Shown: positions 18,555 through 27,751 of the stretch, piece after piece
Numbering within the stretch: the first letter of the stretch is position 1
Layout of the letters: each line of letters opens with the position of its first letter
Origin: an uncultured Desulfocapsaceae bacterium
Lineage (GTDB): Bacteria; Desulfobacterota; Desulfobulbia; Desulfobulbales; Desulfocapsaceae
Reading direction: 5' to 3'
DNA: 64,000 nucleotides
NCBI GenBank assembly: GCA_964565605.1
Contig: CAZMFP010000014.1
Coordinates: 9,700 to 73,699 of the forward strand
Translations under genes and position numbers: made by a program
The notes under the pieces: generated by a model
What the model saw: the letters and a program-made list of their open reading frames with translations, nothing else
What the model was told of the DNA's origin: nothing
Database searches by the model: none

Positions 18555-18568
18555 TATTTGTAATTCAT

Positions 18569-18606
18569 AAAAGCCGATGGTTAAAAGACCATCGGCTTTT
18601 ATTTTT
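18569..18606 (+). terminator. Intrinsic terminator/attenuator between the precursor and the maturase gene
   Basis: aaagccgatgg-ttaaaaga-ccatcggcttt is followed by tattttt. Confidence 0.75.
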
Positions 18607-18623
18607 CCCTTTCAGCCGATCCT

Positions 18624-20213
18624 ATGAATCATTCTAAGAAAACATCGCAAGGCCACAATTTTCAAACAAGATTTCCATCCTCCTGGAGTCTTGTTCAGCA
18701 GGTTAATAACGACCTGGCAGACTTGGTGACAACCAAAGAAGAGTTTCACCAACTGTGTCGAGACAACCCTTCAGTCGTCGATACATTTCCTTTTCTTCCT
18801 GAGTTGTTTTCAGTTGAACAATCCATTCACAAGCTTCAATCAACAACACCTGGAATAGAGATACCGACTTCAGAAATCATCGTCAATCCTCAGCTTGAAC
18901 TCATCACTGTTCAATATTCCGGCCTGGCAAACCTGCTCAATGATAAGCCATGCGTCCCGACCAGGAAGTTGTCTCATATCTGCATTTTTCGAACTCCTGG
19001 TGAAAAGGATATACAGGTTGTTGAAGCTCACCCCCATGATCTTCTTGCTCTTAAAATTGTCTCAGAAAGTCTCGACTACAGGCAAGTTTCCAGGGAGGCC
19101 GGAACCACCCTTGGCCAGATCGATGATATTGTTTACAACGCCATTCAAAAAGGGATTTTGATCAGTCCCTCTTCACGAATTAGAAGACCAGAAGAATTTA
19201 AAGCGGGTTGTGTTACCGACAGAAGTTTTTTCTCATCCAGAGTCTTTACCCTGCAATGGCACATTACCCAGCAGTGTGACCTGCACTGCCGCCACTGTTA
19301 TGACAGGAGTAAGAGACAGGAAATGACTCTTGAGCAGGGAACACATGTACTCGATGAGTTGTATGACTTCTGCCTGAAACAGTTTGTCTACGGTCAGGTG
19401 ACTTTCACCGGCGGGAACCCGCTTCTCTACCCTGATTTTCTAGAATTATATCGCCAGGCTACAGACCGGGGCTTTCTCACAGCCATTCTCGGCAACCCTA
19501 CCTCACGTGCTCAACTTGAAGAAATCCTCCATATACAAAAACCGCAATACTACCAGGTCAGCCTGGAAGGGATGGAGAGTCATAATGATTATATCAGGGG
19601 AAAAAATCATTTTAACAGGGTGATTAAGTTCTTACAGCTGCTCAAAGAACTCGATATCTACTCAATGGTGATGCTGACCTTGACAAGAGATAATCAGGAT
19701 CAGGTCCTGGAGTTGGCCGAGTTCCTAAGGGATAAAGTCGATCGATTTAATTTTAACCGGCTCTCAATGGTCGGTGAAGGGGCGGCCCTTACCTCTGTTG
19801 ATGTTGATGGATATTCTAACTTTTTAAGAAACTACAAAAAAGCTGCTGAAAACAACCCTGCCATGGGTCTGAAAGACAATTTTTTCAACCTGCTCCAGTA
19901 TCAGGACAATGCAACCCAATTTTATGGCGGTTGTGCCGGTCACGGTTGCGGTGCTGCCTTCAATTTTGTTTCACTCCTACCCGATGGTCGAGTGGATGCC
20001 TGCCGCAAATTTGACTCCCCCATGGGCAACATCTTCAAGGAGGATTTCTTAAAAATTTATCACGGTAAACAGGGTGAGCTATACCGAAATGGACCATCGA
20101 ACTGTAACGATTGCGATATTCGTCCAGTTTGCCGAGGATGCATGGCTGTTTCTTTCGGTATGGGAAAAGATGTTTTCAAAGAGATAGACCCGTATTGTTT
20201 TATGAAGAAGTGA
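18624..20213 (+). CDS. Radical SAM/SPASM peptide maturase, SbtM-like (thio/selenooxazole-forming family candidate)
   Basis: A 529-aa ORF. An N-terminal domain of about 200 aa could be a peptide-recognition domain. The radical SAM motif is QQCDLHCRHCY. The C-terminal SPASM-like Cys cluster reads CAGHGCGAAFNFVSLLPDGRVDACRKF...CNDCDIRPVCRGCMAV. It lies immediately downstream of the Sec-rich precursor. Confidence 0.8.
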   Translation: MNHSKKTSQGHNFQTRFPSSWSLVQQVNNDLADLVTTKEEFHQLCRDNPSVVDTFPFLPELFSVEQSIHKLQSTTPGIEIPTSEIIVNPQLELITVQYSGLANLLNDKPCVPTRKLSHICIFRTPGEKDIQVVEAHPHDLLALKIVSESLDYRQVSREAGTTLGQIDDIVYNAIQKGILISPSSRIRRPEEFKAGCVTDRSFFSSRVFTLQWHITQQCDLHCRHCYDRSKRQEMTLEQGTHVLDELYDFCLKQFVYGQVTFTGGNPLLYPDFLELYRQATDRGFLTAILGNPTSRAQLEEILHIQKPQYYQVSLEGMESHNDYIRGKNHFNRVIKFLQLLKELDIYSMVMLTLTRDNQDQVLELAEFLRDKVDRFNFNRLSMVGEGAALTSVDVDGYSNFLRNYKKAAENNPAMGLKDNFFNLLQYQDNATQFYGGCAGHGCGAAFNFVSLLPDGRVDACRKFDSPMGNIFKEDFLKIYHGKQGELYRNGPSNCNDCDIRPVCRGCMAVSFGMGKDVFKEIDPYCFMKK

Positions 20214-20255
20214 AACAGAACGGTCCGTATTGGATAGAAGTAACTCTATAATGAT

Positions 20256-20723
20256 TTATTGAGAAGAAGCCCGAACGGCTTTAACATGGCCCTTATACGC
20301 TGGTGTAAATTCACGGATGATGCAACAGCCACCACTGGCATCATCCCACGATCCAACGACAATCTCTCCGAGTTGGTTACGTACCCAGAATTTACCGCTT
20401 AGATTAAAAGCTGATTTTTTGCGGCTTTTCTCTCCAAAATCAAAAGTGAAATAGACATTATGAAATTCAGCAAGAGTTGGTAGCCGCCAACCGCTGTTCC
20501 CGGAAAGGTTAAGTTTGTTTATATATTTTTGGGCCTCATCCGCACTGTAAACAAGCCTGCTTTTATGCTGCTGCCAGACAAGGTTCTGGGCGGTATCAAG
20601 AAAAGAGGCGTCTCCTGTGACAATGAGTCTGGTTGTAGAGTTGGTGGAACAACCAGATGTTAGGGCAAAGGAGAATATGAAAAGAAGACAGTATGAAAAA
20701 CGCATTGAGAATAGAAATGCCAT
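20256..20723 (-). CDS. DUF1566 (Lcl C-terminal-like) lipoprotein
   Basis: The lipobox is FALTSGC. The GWRLPTLAEF motif is characteristic of DUF1566. Confidence 0.55.
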   Translation of the reverse strand: MAFLFSMRFSYCLLFIFSFALTSGCSTNSTTRLIVTGDASFLDTAQNLVWQQHKSRLVYSADEAQKYINKLNLSGNSGWRLPTLAEFHNVYFTFDFGEKSRKKSAFNLSGKFWVRNQLGEIVVGSWDDASGGCCIIREFTPAYKGHVKAVRASSQ

Positions 20724-21003
20724 ATGGTTGTTCCACCGTTACAGATAGAAGGAGTCTAACTGCACTTACATAGTACCACATTGTGGTGACAATGCAACAA
20801 AAAAAGAAGAATGATTATTAAAAAGATCGTTTTCCCCTGTTATTTCAACCCAAACAACACGATTTCTTACTACATTTAATCCTTCTTGTGTGGTAATCCT
20901 TGTGGTAGAGGAACACATACAAAGCCTCAGAACGATACTGACAGCAAGTCACTATTAACCAACAGAACAACAAGACAGATTATTCACACCAGCTCTTATA
21001 TAA

Positions 21004-22662
21004 ATGGACTTTTGGCGCAACTATAAAAAACTGTTCGGTGACGTTACTCCTCCCGTATTGACACTTATGATCATTGCGGCTCTTATGGTCATGGAGACGG
21101 CTATTTCACTTGTCTCACCCTGGATTGCCGGTCGATTTACCGAGACGCTTTTATCCCCCTCACCGTCTTTATCTTTTTCATCTCAACAGCTTCTTATGAT
21201 CTGGCTGGTTATTTTAGCAATTAAAGGAATCTTGAACTTTTTTAACAGTTATTATACCGGAAAGATCTCCCAGAAAATGCTGACAGACATGCGGATAAAA
21301 CTCTACAATCATCTGCAGATGCTGCCGATAAGTTACTACCATGATAAGAAACATGGTAAAATACTGGCTTTTCTCACCAATGACGCAGCTATTATCTCCA
21401 CATTTATTACCGGCACCCTGGTCAGGCTGATTCCAATTATCATCACGATCTGCGGCGCTCTTATCTGTATCTATTTTATTTCTCCAATGGCCACTCTGTT
21501 TGCGGCTTTACTCATTCCTGTCTTTTATATCATCACCAAGCTTCTCGGACGCTCTATCCGGGGCCTGTCGCAATCGATGATTGAAGAATATTCCAAAACT
21601 CTTGCCATTGCCGATGAAAACCTGTCAACTCTGCCTCTTATCAAATCGTATACCAGAGAAAATCAAGAATCACTGAAATTTTCCAGGAGCAGTCATCGGC
21701 TCTTGAGGCAGACCATCAAATATCTAAAAATACAATCCTTTCTTGCACCGCTTACAAAATTTCTAGCAACAGTTATCATATTCATCATTCTCTGGTTTCT
21801 CTCCAACCAACTAGTCGAAGGAGTGATCAGCTCGGCTGACATGGTCTCCCTGATCCTGTATGGAATGCTGATTACCCAACCGATCAGCGGTCTCGCCAGC
21901 CTGTATGGACAACTTCAACATACCATTGGCGCCTCTAAGCGGCTCTATCAACTTTTCTCTATCATTCCGGAAAACAAATATAGTGGAGCGACCCTGGAAC
22001 ACGTCCGCGGAGATATAGAATTTTGCAATATCAATTTCAGCTATCCCGGTCGAGACGCTATATTTTCACAACTTAATTTAAAAATTACCGCTGGAGAAAC
22101 CATCGCCATAACCGGTAAAAACGGAGCCGGAAAATCAACTCTGGTCCATCTACTCATGCGATTCATCAATCCCGGTAGCGGTCGGATACTCATTGACAAG
22201 GAAAATATCCGTAAGTGTTCTATCTTGAGCCTTAGGCAGCAGATCGGCATGGTTCAACAGCAGGTTTTTTTGCAAAATTCAACTGTTAAGGAAAATATTC
22301 TTTTTGGTAAACCAACGGCTACTACTGAGGAAATCGAGGAAGCTGCCAGAAGAGCTCATGCCAGTGATTTTATTAATAAACTGCCGGATGGCTATGATAC
22401 ATTAATCGGAGACCAGGGAATCAAACTGTCCGGTGGCCAGAAACAGCGACTGGCTCTTGCCCGAGTCATGCTCAAAGATCCACCAGTGATGATACTTGAT
22501 GAAGCTACCGCCATGTTTGACCCGACAGGAGAAACAGAATTTATCCAAGAATGCAAAAAGCTGTTGAAAGGTAAAACCGTCATCCTCATCACCCACAGAC
22601 CAGGAAGTCTAGCTTTGGCCGATACAGTCTATACGCTTGAAAACGGCCGGCTTAGAAAATAA
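21004..22662 (+). CDS. ABC exporter, fused permease/ATPase (MsbA/ABCB type)
   Basis: The N-terminal domain has 6 TM segments. Motifs present are Walker A GKNGAGKST, signature LSGGQKQR and Walker B MILDEAT. Confidence 0.85.
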   Translation: MDFWRNYKKLFGDVTPPVLTLMIIAALMVMETAISLVSPWIAGRFTETLLSPSPSLSFSSQQLLMIWLVILAIKGILNFFNSYYTGKISQKMLTDMRIKLYNHLQMLPISYYHDKKHGKILAFLTNDAAIISTFITGTLVRLIPIIITICGALICIYFISPMATLFAALLIPVFYIITKLLGRSIRGLSQSMIEEYSKTLAIADENLSTLPLIKSYTRENQESLKFSRSSHRLLRQTIKYLKIQSFLAPLTKFLATVIIFIILWFLSNQLVEGVISSADMVSLILYGMLITQPISGLASLYGQLQHTIGASKRLYQLFSIIPENKYSGATLEHVRGDIEFCNINFSYPGRDAIFSQLNLKITAGETIAITGKNGAGKSTLVHLLMRFINPGSGRILIDKENIRKCSILSLRQQIGMVQQQVFLQNSTVKENILFGKPTATTEEIEEAARRAHASDFINKLPDGYDTLIGDQGIKLSGGQKQRLALARVMLKDPPVMILDEATAMFDPTGETEFIQECKKLLKGKTVILITHRPGSLALADTVYTLENGRLRK

Positions 22663-22797
22663 CCTTCATATTTCTGTTGTGGGAGTTAAACTCATGCACG
22701 GCTATTTTTCCTTTCCATTTTCCCGTTATTTTAATATCGTATAAACTTAATCACGACGGGCTGTTATAATCGCAAAAAACACTACAATTTCAGACAG

Positions 22798-23835
22798 ATG
22801 ACCAAAAAACAATCTCTTGCCGTTGTTCTACTCGGTGCTGGTAAAGGGACCAGAATGAAATCGAGCAAAGCAAAAGTGCTCCATGAACTTTTCCACGCCC
22901 CGATGATCTGCCACGTTCTCAAACGGATTGAATCTCTTTCTCCCGAACAGACTGTTGTCATTGTTGGCCATCAGCACCAGGAAGTCATGGCTGCTGTAGA
23001 TACGTTTGGTGTAGACTTTGCCTACCAGAAAGAACAGCTTGGCACCGGCCATGCCGTTTTATGCGCCGAAGATCATATTCAAAATGATATTACAACCGTT
23101 ATGATCCTCTGTGGTGATACTCCGCTTATCCGTACCGAATCCCTTGCCGAAATGATCCGGCAGCACAAGGAAAGCACGGCAACTGTTACTGTCATGACTA
23201 CCAGACTTGACAATCCTACTCATTATGGCCGCATTCTTTGTGATTCATCCGGGAAAGTGCAAGCCATAGTTGAAGAAAAAGATGCGACCACTGAGCAGAA
23301 GAAAATAGATGAAATCAACACCGGGATTTATTGTGTGAACAGAGAATTTCTCTTTAACACCCTTAAAAACATAGGAACCGACAATTCTCAGGGAGAAGTC
23401 TATCTAACCGACATTGTTTCCCTGGCTGTTGCAGGCTCATATACGGTTGAAAAATTTAATAATCTATTCGCAGCTGATGTCCTCGGTGTCAATTCACGGG
23501 TGGAAATGGCCCAGGCCCATGGTGAGCTGCAAATGCGACACAATACAAACCTGATGCTCGATGGTGTAACGATGATATCACCTGAAACCATCAGTGTTGA
23601 CCCCCAGGCTGCAGTCGGCCGAGATACAACGATCCTACCGAGTGTCCATATCCGCGGAGCAACCACGATAGGTGAAGGCTGTCTGCTGGACAACAACGTT
23701 GTTCTTGACAATTGCAACATAGGCAATAATGTTCAAATCGGTCCAAACAGTTACCTTAACGGGGCAACCATTTCGGATGACACTACCCTGGAGCCGTACA
23801 CAACCACCAGGCACAGGAAATCATTCTCCAATTAG
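22798..23835 (+). CDS. glmU: GlmU-like UDP-GlcNAc pyrophosphorylase with a truncated left-handed beta-helix (345 aa)
   Basis: The uridyltransferase motif LGAGKGTRMKS is present, followed by QKEQLGTGHAV and the start of the hexapeptide repeats. The ORF ends about 110 aa earlier than canonical GlmU (about 456 aa in E. coli, remembered). Confidence 0.65.
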   Translation: MTKKQSLAVVLLGAGKGTRMKSSKAKVLHELFHAPMICHVLKRIESLSPEQTVVIVGHQHQEVMAAVDTFGVDFAYQKEQLGTGHAVLCAEDHIQNDITTVMILCGDTPLIRTESLAEMIRQHKESTATVTVMTTRLDNPTHYGRILCDSSGKVQAIVEEKDATTEQKKIDEINTGIYCVNREFLFNTLKNIGTDNSQGEVYLTDIVSLAVAGSYTVEKFNNLFAADVLGVNSRVEMAQAHGELQMRHNTNLMLDGVTMISPETISVDPQAAVGRDTTILPSVHIRGATTIGEGCLLDNNVVLDNCNIGNNVQIGPNSYLNGATISDDTTLEPYTTTRHRKSFSN

Positions 23836-23923
23836 ATTGATTCATCTTCTATCAGATAATCCTTCTCCCGTTGACCAGGCCATAATTATCCCTTGAGATT
23901 AAGAAAAAATACAGTACTGTGAC

Positions 23924-24124
23924 ATGCTCGTTCAAATAAATGGGAAACAAGAAAAAATTTCAGCCGGCACCACAGTAAGCGATCTGCTTGATCAGCTGCA
24001 ATTGGCTCCCGGCTCCGTTGTCGTTGAGTTAAACAGGGCCATTCTCAGCCCAGACGATTTAACCGATTATATAATACAAGAAGGTGATGCTCTCGAGTTG
24101 ATTCGTTTTGTAGGAGGAGGATGA
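23924..24124 (+). CDS. thiS: Thiamine biosynthesis sulfur carrier ThiS
   Basis: A 66-aa protein with a ubiquitin-like fold pattern, ending in ...RFVGGG (C-terminal GG). It lies directly upstream of thiG. Confidence 0.85.
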   Translation: MLVQINGKQEKISAGTTVSDLLDQLQLAPGSVVVELNRAILSPDDLTDYIIQEGDALELIRFVGGG

Positions 24125-24125
24125 T

Positions 24126-24908
24126 ATGTTGACAATAGCTGGGAAAGAATTCAGCTCAAGGCTGTTTTTAGGTACCGGAAAATTTTCATCGTCTGCGGTA
24201 ATGAAAGAGGCCATTGAGGCCTCCGGAACCGAAATGGTCACCGTCGCTCTTCGGCGGGTGGATCTGGAAAATCCGCAGGATGATATAATGTCCTCCCTCG
24301 ACCGAAGCAGATACACCTTTTTGCCAAACACATCCGGTGCTCGGGATGCCGCAGAAGCTATTCGATTGGCCCATCTGGCCCGTACCGCTTCCGGCTCAAA
24401 CTGGCTTAAACTTGAAGTAACCCCTGACCCGAGAACACTTCTGCCTGATCCGGCAGAAACCCTCGAGGCCACCAGGCAGCTTGTCCAGGACGGTTTTATT
24501 GTTCTTCCTTATATGAATGCCGATCCGATTCTTGCCTTACGTCTGCAGGATGTTGGCGCTGCTGCTGTTATGCCGCTCGGTGCCCCCATAGGAACCAATC
24601 AGGGTTTAATTACCCGATACCAGATAGAGATCATCATCGAACAGGCCAGTGTTCCGGTTGTCGTCGATGCCGGAATCGGCGCACCCTCACATGCGGCGCT
24701 TGCCATGGAAATAGGTGCTGACGCCGCCTTAGTAAATACAGCCATCTCCGTTGCCAGGGATCCGGTGAAAATGGCTGCTGCTTTTGCCCAGGGCGTTGAG
24801 GCAGGCCGTACAGCTTTTGAGGCCGGGCTGGGTGCCCAGCAGTTACGAGCCAGCGCCTCCTCACCCGAAGAAGGCCAATTGACTGAAGATCTTGGTTTTT
24901 TAAGTTGA
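24126..24908 (+). CDS. thiG: Thiazole synthase ThiG
   Basis: The sequence contains [21 protein letters not shown] and VMPLGAPIG(T)NQG motifs. Confidence 0.9.
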   Translation: MLTIAGKEFSSRLFLGTGKFSSSAVMKEAIEASGTEMVTVALRRVDLENPQDDIMSSLDRSRYTFLPNTSGARDAAEAIRLAHLARTASGSNWLKLEVTPDPRTLLPDPAETLEATRQLVQDGFIVLPYMNADPILALRLQDVGAAAVMPLGAPIGTNQGLITRYQIEIIIEQASVPVVVDAGIGAPSHAALAMEIGADAALVNTAISVARDPVKMAAAFAQGVEAGRTAFEAGLGAQQLRASASSPEEGQLTEDLGFLS

Positions 24909-24911
24909 GTT

Positions 24912-26015
24912 ATGATACATATTCCACCTTTTTCAGAGCTCAGCTCAACAATTCACTCGGCAACCAGCAGGGATGTTGAGGCAGCGCTTACCTCTTCCAA
25001 GTGTAATATTAACCACTACAGCGCTCTTATCTCACCAGCTGCAGAGCCCTATCTTTCCCAGATGGCCGCCCGATCTAAACAGATCACTCTTGAACGGTTC
25101 GGAAAGACGACCCAGCTCTACGGACCAATCTATCTTTCCAACTACTGCACCAACCGCTGCCTGTATTGCGGTTTTTCAGCCGACAACAGAATTGCAAGAC
25201 GATGTCTATCCATTGATGAGGCGGTGCAGGAAGCAGACATCCTCCTGGAGCGTGGTTTCCAGCACATTCTCCTTGTTTCCGGAGAATCGGAAAAAATCCT
25301 CGGTGTTGACTATCTCGAAGAGATCGCTTTACGGTTGCGAGACTCTTTTGCCTCCATCTCCATTGAAGTTCAGCCCCTGTCAATTGATGAGTACAGGCGT
25401 CTTTTTCAAGCTGGAATCACAGGTGTAGCCGTTTACCAGGAAACTTACGACCGATCGCTATACGACAAGCTGCACCCTGCCGGCAAAAAAAAGGATTATG
25501 ACTACCGACTGGATACGCCCAATCGTGTTGGTGGCGCAGGGATGAGGGAAATCGGCATCGGGGCCTTACTCGGTCTCTCGGACTGGCGTTGTGAAGGTTT
25601 GGCTCTGGGGCTTCATTTGAGCTGGCTGCGGAAAAAATTCTGGCGTACCGGCCTTACTGTTTCCTTCCCAAGAATCCGGCCCGCTGCCGGTGAATTTGAT
25701 CCTTTTGTTCATGTCAGTGAGAAAAACTTGAGCCAGCTCATCTTCGCGCTCAGGATTTTTGACCACGATGTTGGCCTGGTCCTGTCAACCCGTGAGGAAG
25801 AACGATACAGAAATGGAATGCTGGGTCTTGGACCGACACGTTTTTCAGCCGGCTCCTGTACTGTTCCCGGAGGGTATGCAAACCCGGAACTTGAAGGTGA
25901 GCAATTCAGTGTCGGTGACCACAGATCCATCAAGGAAGTAAGTGAAATGATACGACAGAATGGATTCGACCCTGTTTATAAAGACTGGGACAGAGAATTT
26001 CAATTAACAACCTGA
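24912..26015 (+). CDS. thiH: 2-iminoacetate synthase ThiH (radical SAM)
   Basis: The CxxxCxxC motif appears as YLSNYCTNRCLYCGF. The length of about 367 aa fits, and the gene follows thiSG. Confidence 0.85.
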   Translation: MIHIPPFSELSSTIHSATSRDVEAALTSSKCNINHYSALISPAAEPYLSQMAARSKQITLERFGKTTQLYGPIYLSNYCTNRCLYCGFSADNRIARRCLSIDEAVQEADILLERGFQHILLVSGESEKILGVDYLEEIALRLRDSFASISIEVQPLSIDEYRRLFQAGITGVAVYQETYDRSLYDKLHPAGKKKDYDYRLDTPNRVGGAGMREIGIGALLGLSDWRCEGLALGLHLSWLRKKFWRTGLTVSFPRIRPAAGEFDPFVHVSEKNLSQLIFALRIFDHDVGLVLSTREEERYRNGMLGLGPTRFSAGSCTVPGGYANPELEGEQFSVGDHRSIKEVSEMIRQNGFDPVYKDWDREFQLTT

Positions 26016-26132
26016 CAGTAAAATAAGGGGATACAGATTTTTAAAGTAACCCCTCAAGATAGTTAGTCTTGAAGAGACGCTTGAATGACATAGAAAACGG
26101 TTTGATGAAAAAATTTCCGAACGGGGTATGAA

Positions 26133-27422
26133 ATGAGTGACATTAAAAAGATGTACAGTACAATTCTTGGCGATCAATTTCCCATGGAGATGACCATTTC
26201 TTTTGGTGATCAGACGCTTGTTTACCGAAAAAAAACCTGGAAAATTACCATGGAAGACGGCTCTGTTGATGAGCGCGGGGTTCGATACGGTGAGAATCCG
26301 GATCAAGAAGCGGCCCTTTACGAGTTGGTTAATGGCAACCTTACCCTTGGTGACTGTTCCTATATCGAGCCTGGAAATGGTCTCGTGTCCGCCATCACGG
26401 CTGAAGACATGCTGCAGGTTGGAAAACATCCTGGAAAGATCAATCTTACTGATGTGGATAATGGCCTAAATATTATAAAATATATGGTGGACAGACCGGC
26501 TGCTGTCATCCTCAAACATAACAATCCATGCGGCGCCGCAGTTGGTGAAACCATGGCCGATGCTTACAACAAAGCCAACAGGACTGACAGGATTGCCGCT
26601 TTCGGTGGAGCAGTTATCACCAGCCAGACCATTGACAATGATACGGCCAAGCTGATGGCGGAGAACTACCTCGAAGTAGTCTGCGCGCCCGATTTTGAGG
26701 ATGGAAGTCTTGAAATACTCGCTACCAGAAAGAACCTGCGAGTCATCCGAATGGCTGCAATAGACCGTTTAGCAGATTTTGAAAAATACCGATTTGTAGA
26801 CTTCAAAAGCCTTATCGATGGTGGTGTAATCATTCAACAATCCGCTGTTAACTCCATTCGTTCAATCAATGATTTAAAACCGGCTACTGCCACCTTCAAA
26901 GGTGAAGAATACAGCTGTGACCGTGAGCCGACCCAGCGTGAAATTGATGACATGATCTTCGGCTGGGCGGTTGAACATGGTGTCACCTCCAACTCAGTGC
27001 TCTATATTAAAGATGGCTGCACCGTTGGTATAGGTACTGGTGAACAAGACCGAGTCGGCGTTGCTGAGATTGCCGTTCATAAAGCCTATATCAAATACGC
27101 CGACATCCTCTGTTTTGATAAGTACGGAATTCCCTATGCTGATATGGCCCTTGAGATTGCCAAAGGTACACGCAACAAATCAGATAAGGAAGAAATAGAC
27201 GCCCAGGTCGTTGCAGACCGTGCCGGTCTGCCCGGTTCAGTTATGATTTCCGATGCTTTCTTCCCCTTCAGAGACGGGGCCGATGTCGGTATCAACCAGG
27301 GGGTCACGGCGATCCTGCAGGCAGGTGGCTCCATGAAGGATTTTGCGACGATCCAGGCCTGTAACGAGGCCGATCCGAAAGTGGCCATGATGTTTACCGG
27401 CCAGCGATCGTTTAAGCATTAA
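26133..27422 (+). CDS. purH: AICAR transformylase domain protein (PurH-like, without the MGS-like IMP cyclohydrolase domain)
   Basis: VRYGENPDQEAALY and the C-terminal DAFFPFRDG...ILQAGGSMKD...MMFTGQRSFKH match the PurH AICARFT domain signatures. Confidence 0.75.
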   Translation: MSDIKKMYSTILGDQFPMEMTISFGDQTLVYRKKTWKITMEDGSVDERGVRYGENPDQEAALYELVNGNLTLGDCSYIEPGNGLVSAITAEDMLQVGKHPGKINLTDVDNGLNIIKYMVDRPAAVILKHNNPCGAAVGETMADAYNKANRTDRIAAFGGAVITSQTIDNDTAKLMAENYLEVVCAPDFEDGSLEILATRKNLRVIRMAAIDRLADFEKYRFVDFKSLIDGGVIIQQSAVNSIRSINDLKPATATFKGEEYSCDREPTQREIDDMIFGWAVEHGVTSNSVLYIKDGCTVGIGTGEQDRVGVAEIAVHKAYIKYADILCFDKYGIPYADMALEIAKGTRNKSDKEEIDAQVVADRAGLPGSVMISDAFFPFRDGADVGINQGVTAILQAGGSMKDFATIQACNEADPKVAMMFTGQRSFKH

Positions 27423-27432
27423 ATTCACTTTG

Positions 27433-27480
27433 AAAAGAGCACAGGAAATGATCAATACCATATTCTGTGCTCTTTTCTTC
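27433..27480 (+). terminator. Probable intrinsic terminator after the purH-like gene
   Basis: A 12-bp stem aaaagagcacag / ctgtgctctttt is followed by a T-rich tract. Confidence 0.55.
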
Positions 27481-27481
27481 T

Positions 27482-27556
27482 CCTGATGGCCAATTATTCT
27501 CAGCCCTGACAGTAATAGAGGTGTTGCCGGTTTGGCTGAGCTTTCCTGGCAACCAG
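27482..27556. repeat. Short form of the intergenic palindromic element
   Basis: ctgatggccaattattctcagccctgacagtaatagaggtgttgccggtttggc is joined directly to tgagctttcctggcaaccag. Both termini resemble those of the full copies. Confidence 0.45.
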
Positions 27557-27658
27557 ATTTCTTTTTACTCTCTATATTCTCTCAAATCGGCACTAATTAG
27601 AATCAAAACCGCACTATTGCCATAGCAAAACCTTCCCAAATTTTCGCTTGGCATCCAA

Positions 27659-27687
27659 TTGACTACCAACATATAGTTGGTTATATT
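27659..27687 (+). promoter_or_regulatory. Candidate sigma70 promoter of the RiPP cassette, with a palindromic spacer
   Basis: TTGACT (27659-27664), a 17-nt spacer, then TATATT (27682-27687), about 65 nt upstream of ATG 27752. The spacer contains the palindrome ccaacatatagttgg. Confidence 0.4.
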
Positions 27688-27751
27688 TACTTTATACTCC
27701 AATTAACAATCATTATTGATTTAGCAATACATTATCCTTGTAAACTGAAAG

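Noticed and set aside
17971-18568. Minus-strand ORFs (17971-18396, 18174-18446, 18272-18568) and the uninterrupted plus-strand 127-aa ORF 18180-18563 over the repeat region
   Set aside because: They are open only because the 84-nt repeat lacks stops in those frames. They have no ATG/RBS (TTG start for the 127-aa ORF) and no signal or recognisable domain. Inter-unit substitutions are mostly non-synonymous in those frames but synonymous in the UGA frame.
23836-23923. An expected TPP (THI-box) riboswitch upstream of thiS
   Set aside because: Only a weak uugaga fragment is present. I could not find the GGGGUGC...CUGAGA...ACCUGAUCUGGAUAAUGCCAGC core. The 88-nt gap is probably too short, and thiSGH may be co-transcribed with the glmU-like gene or regulated elsewhere.
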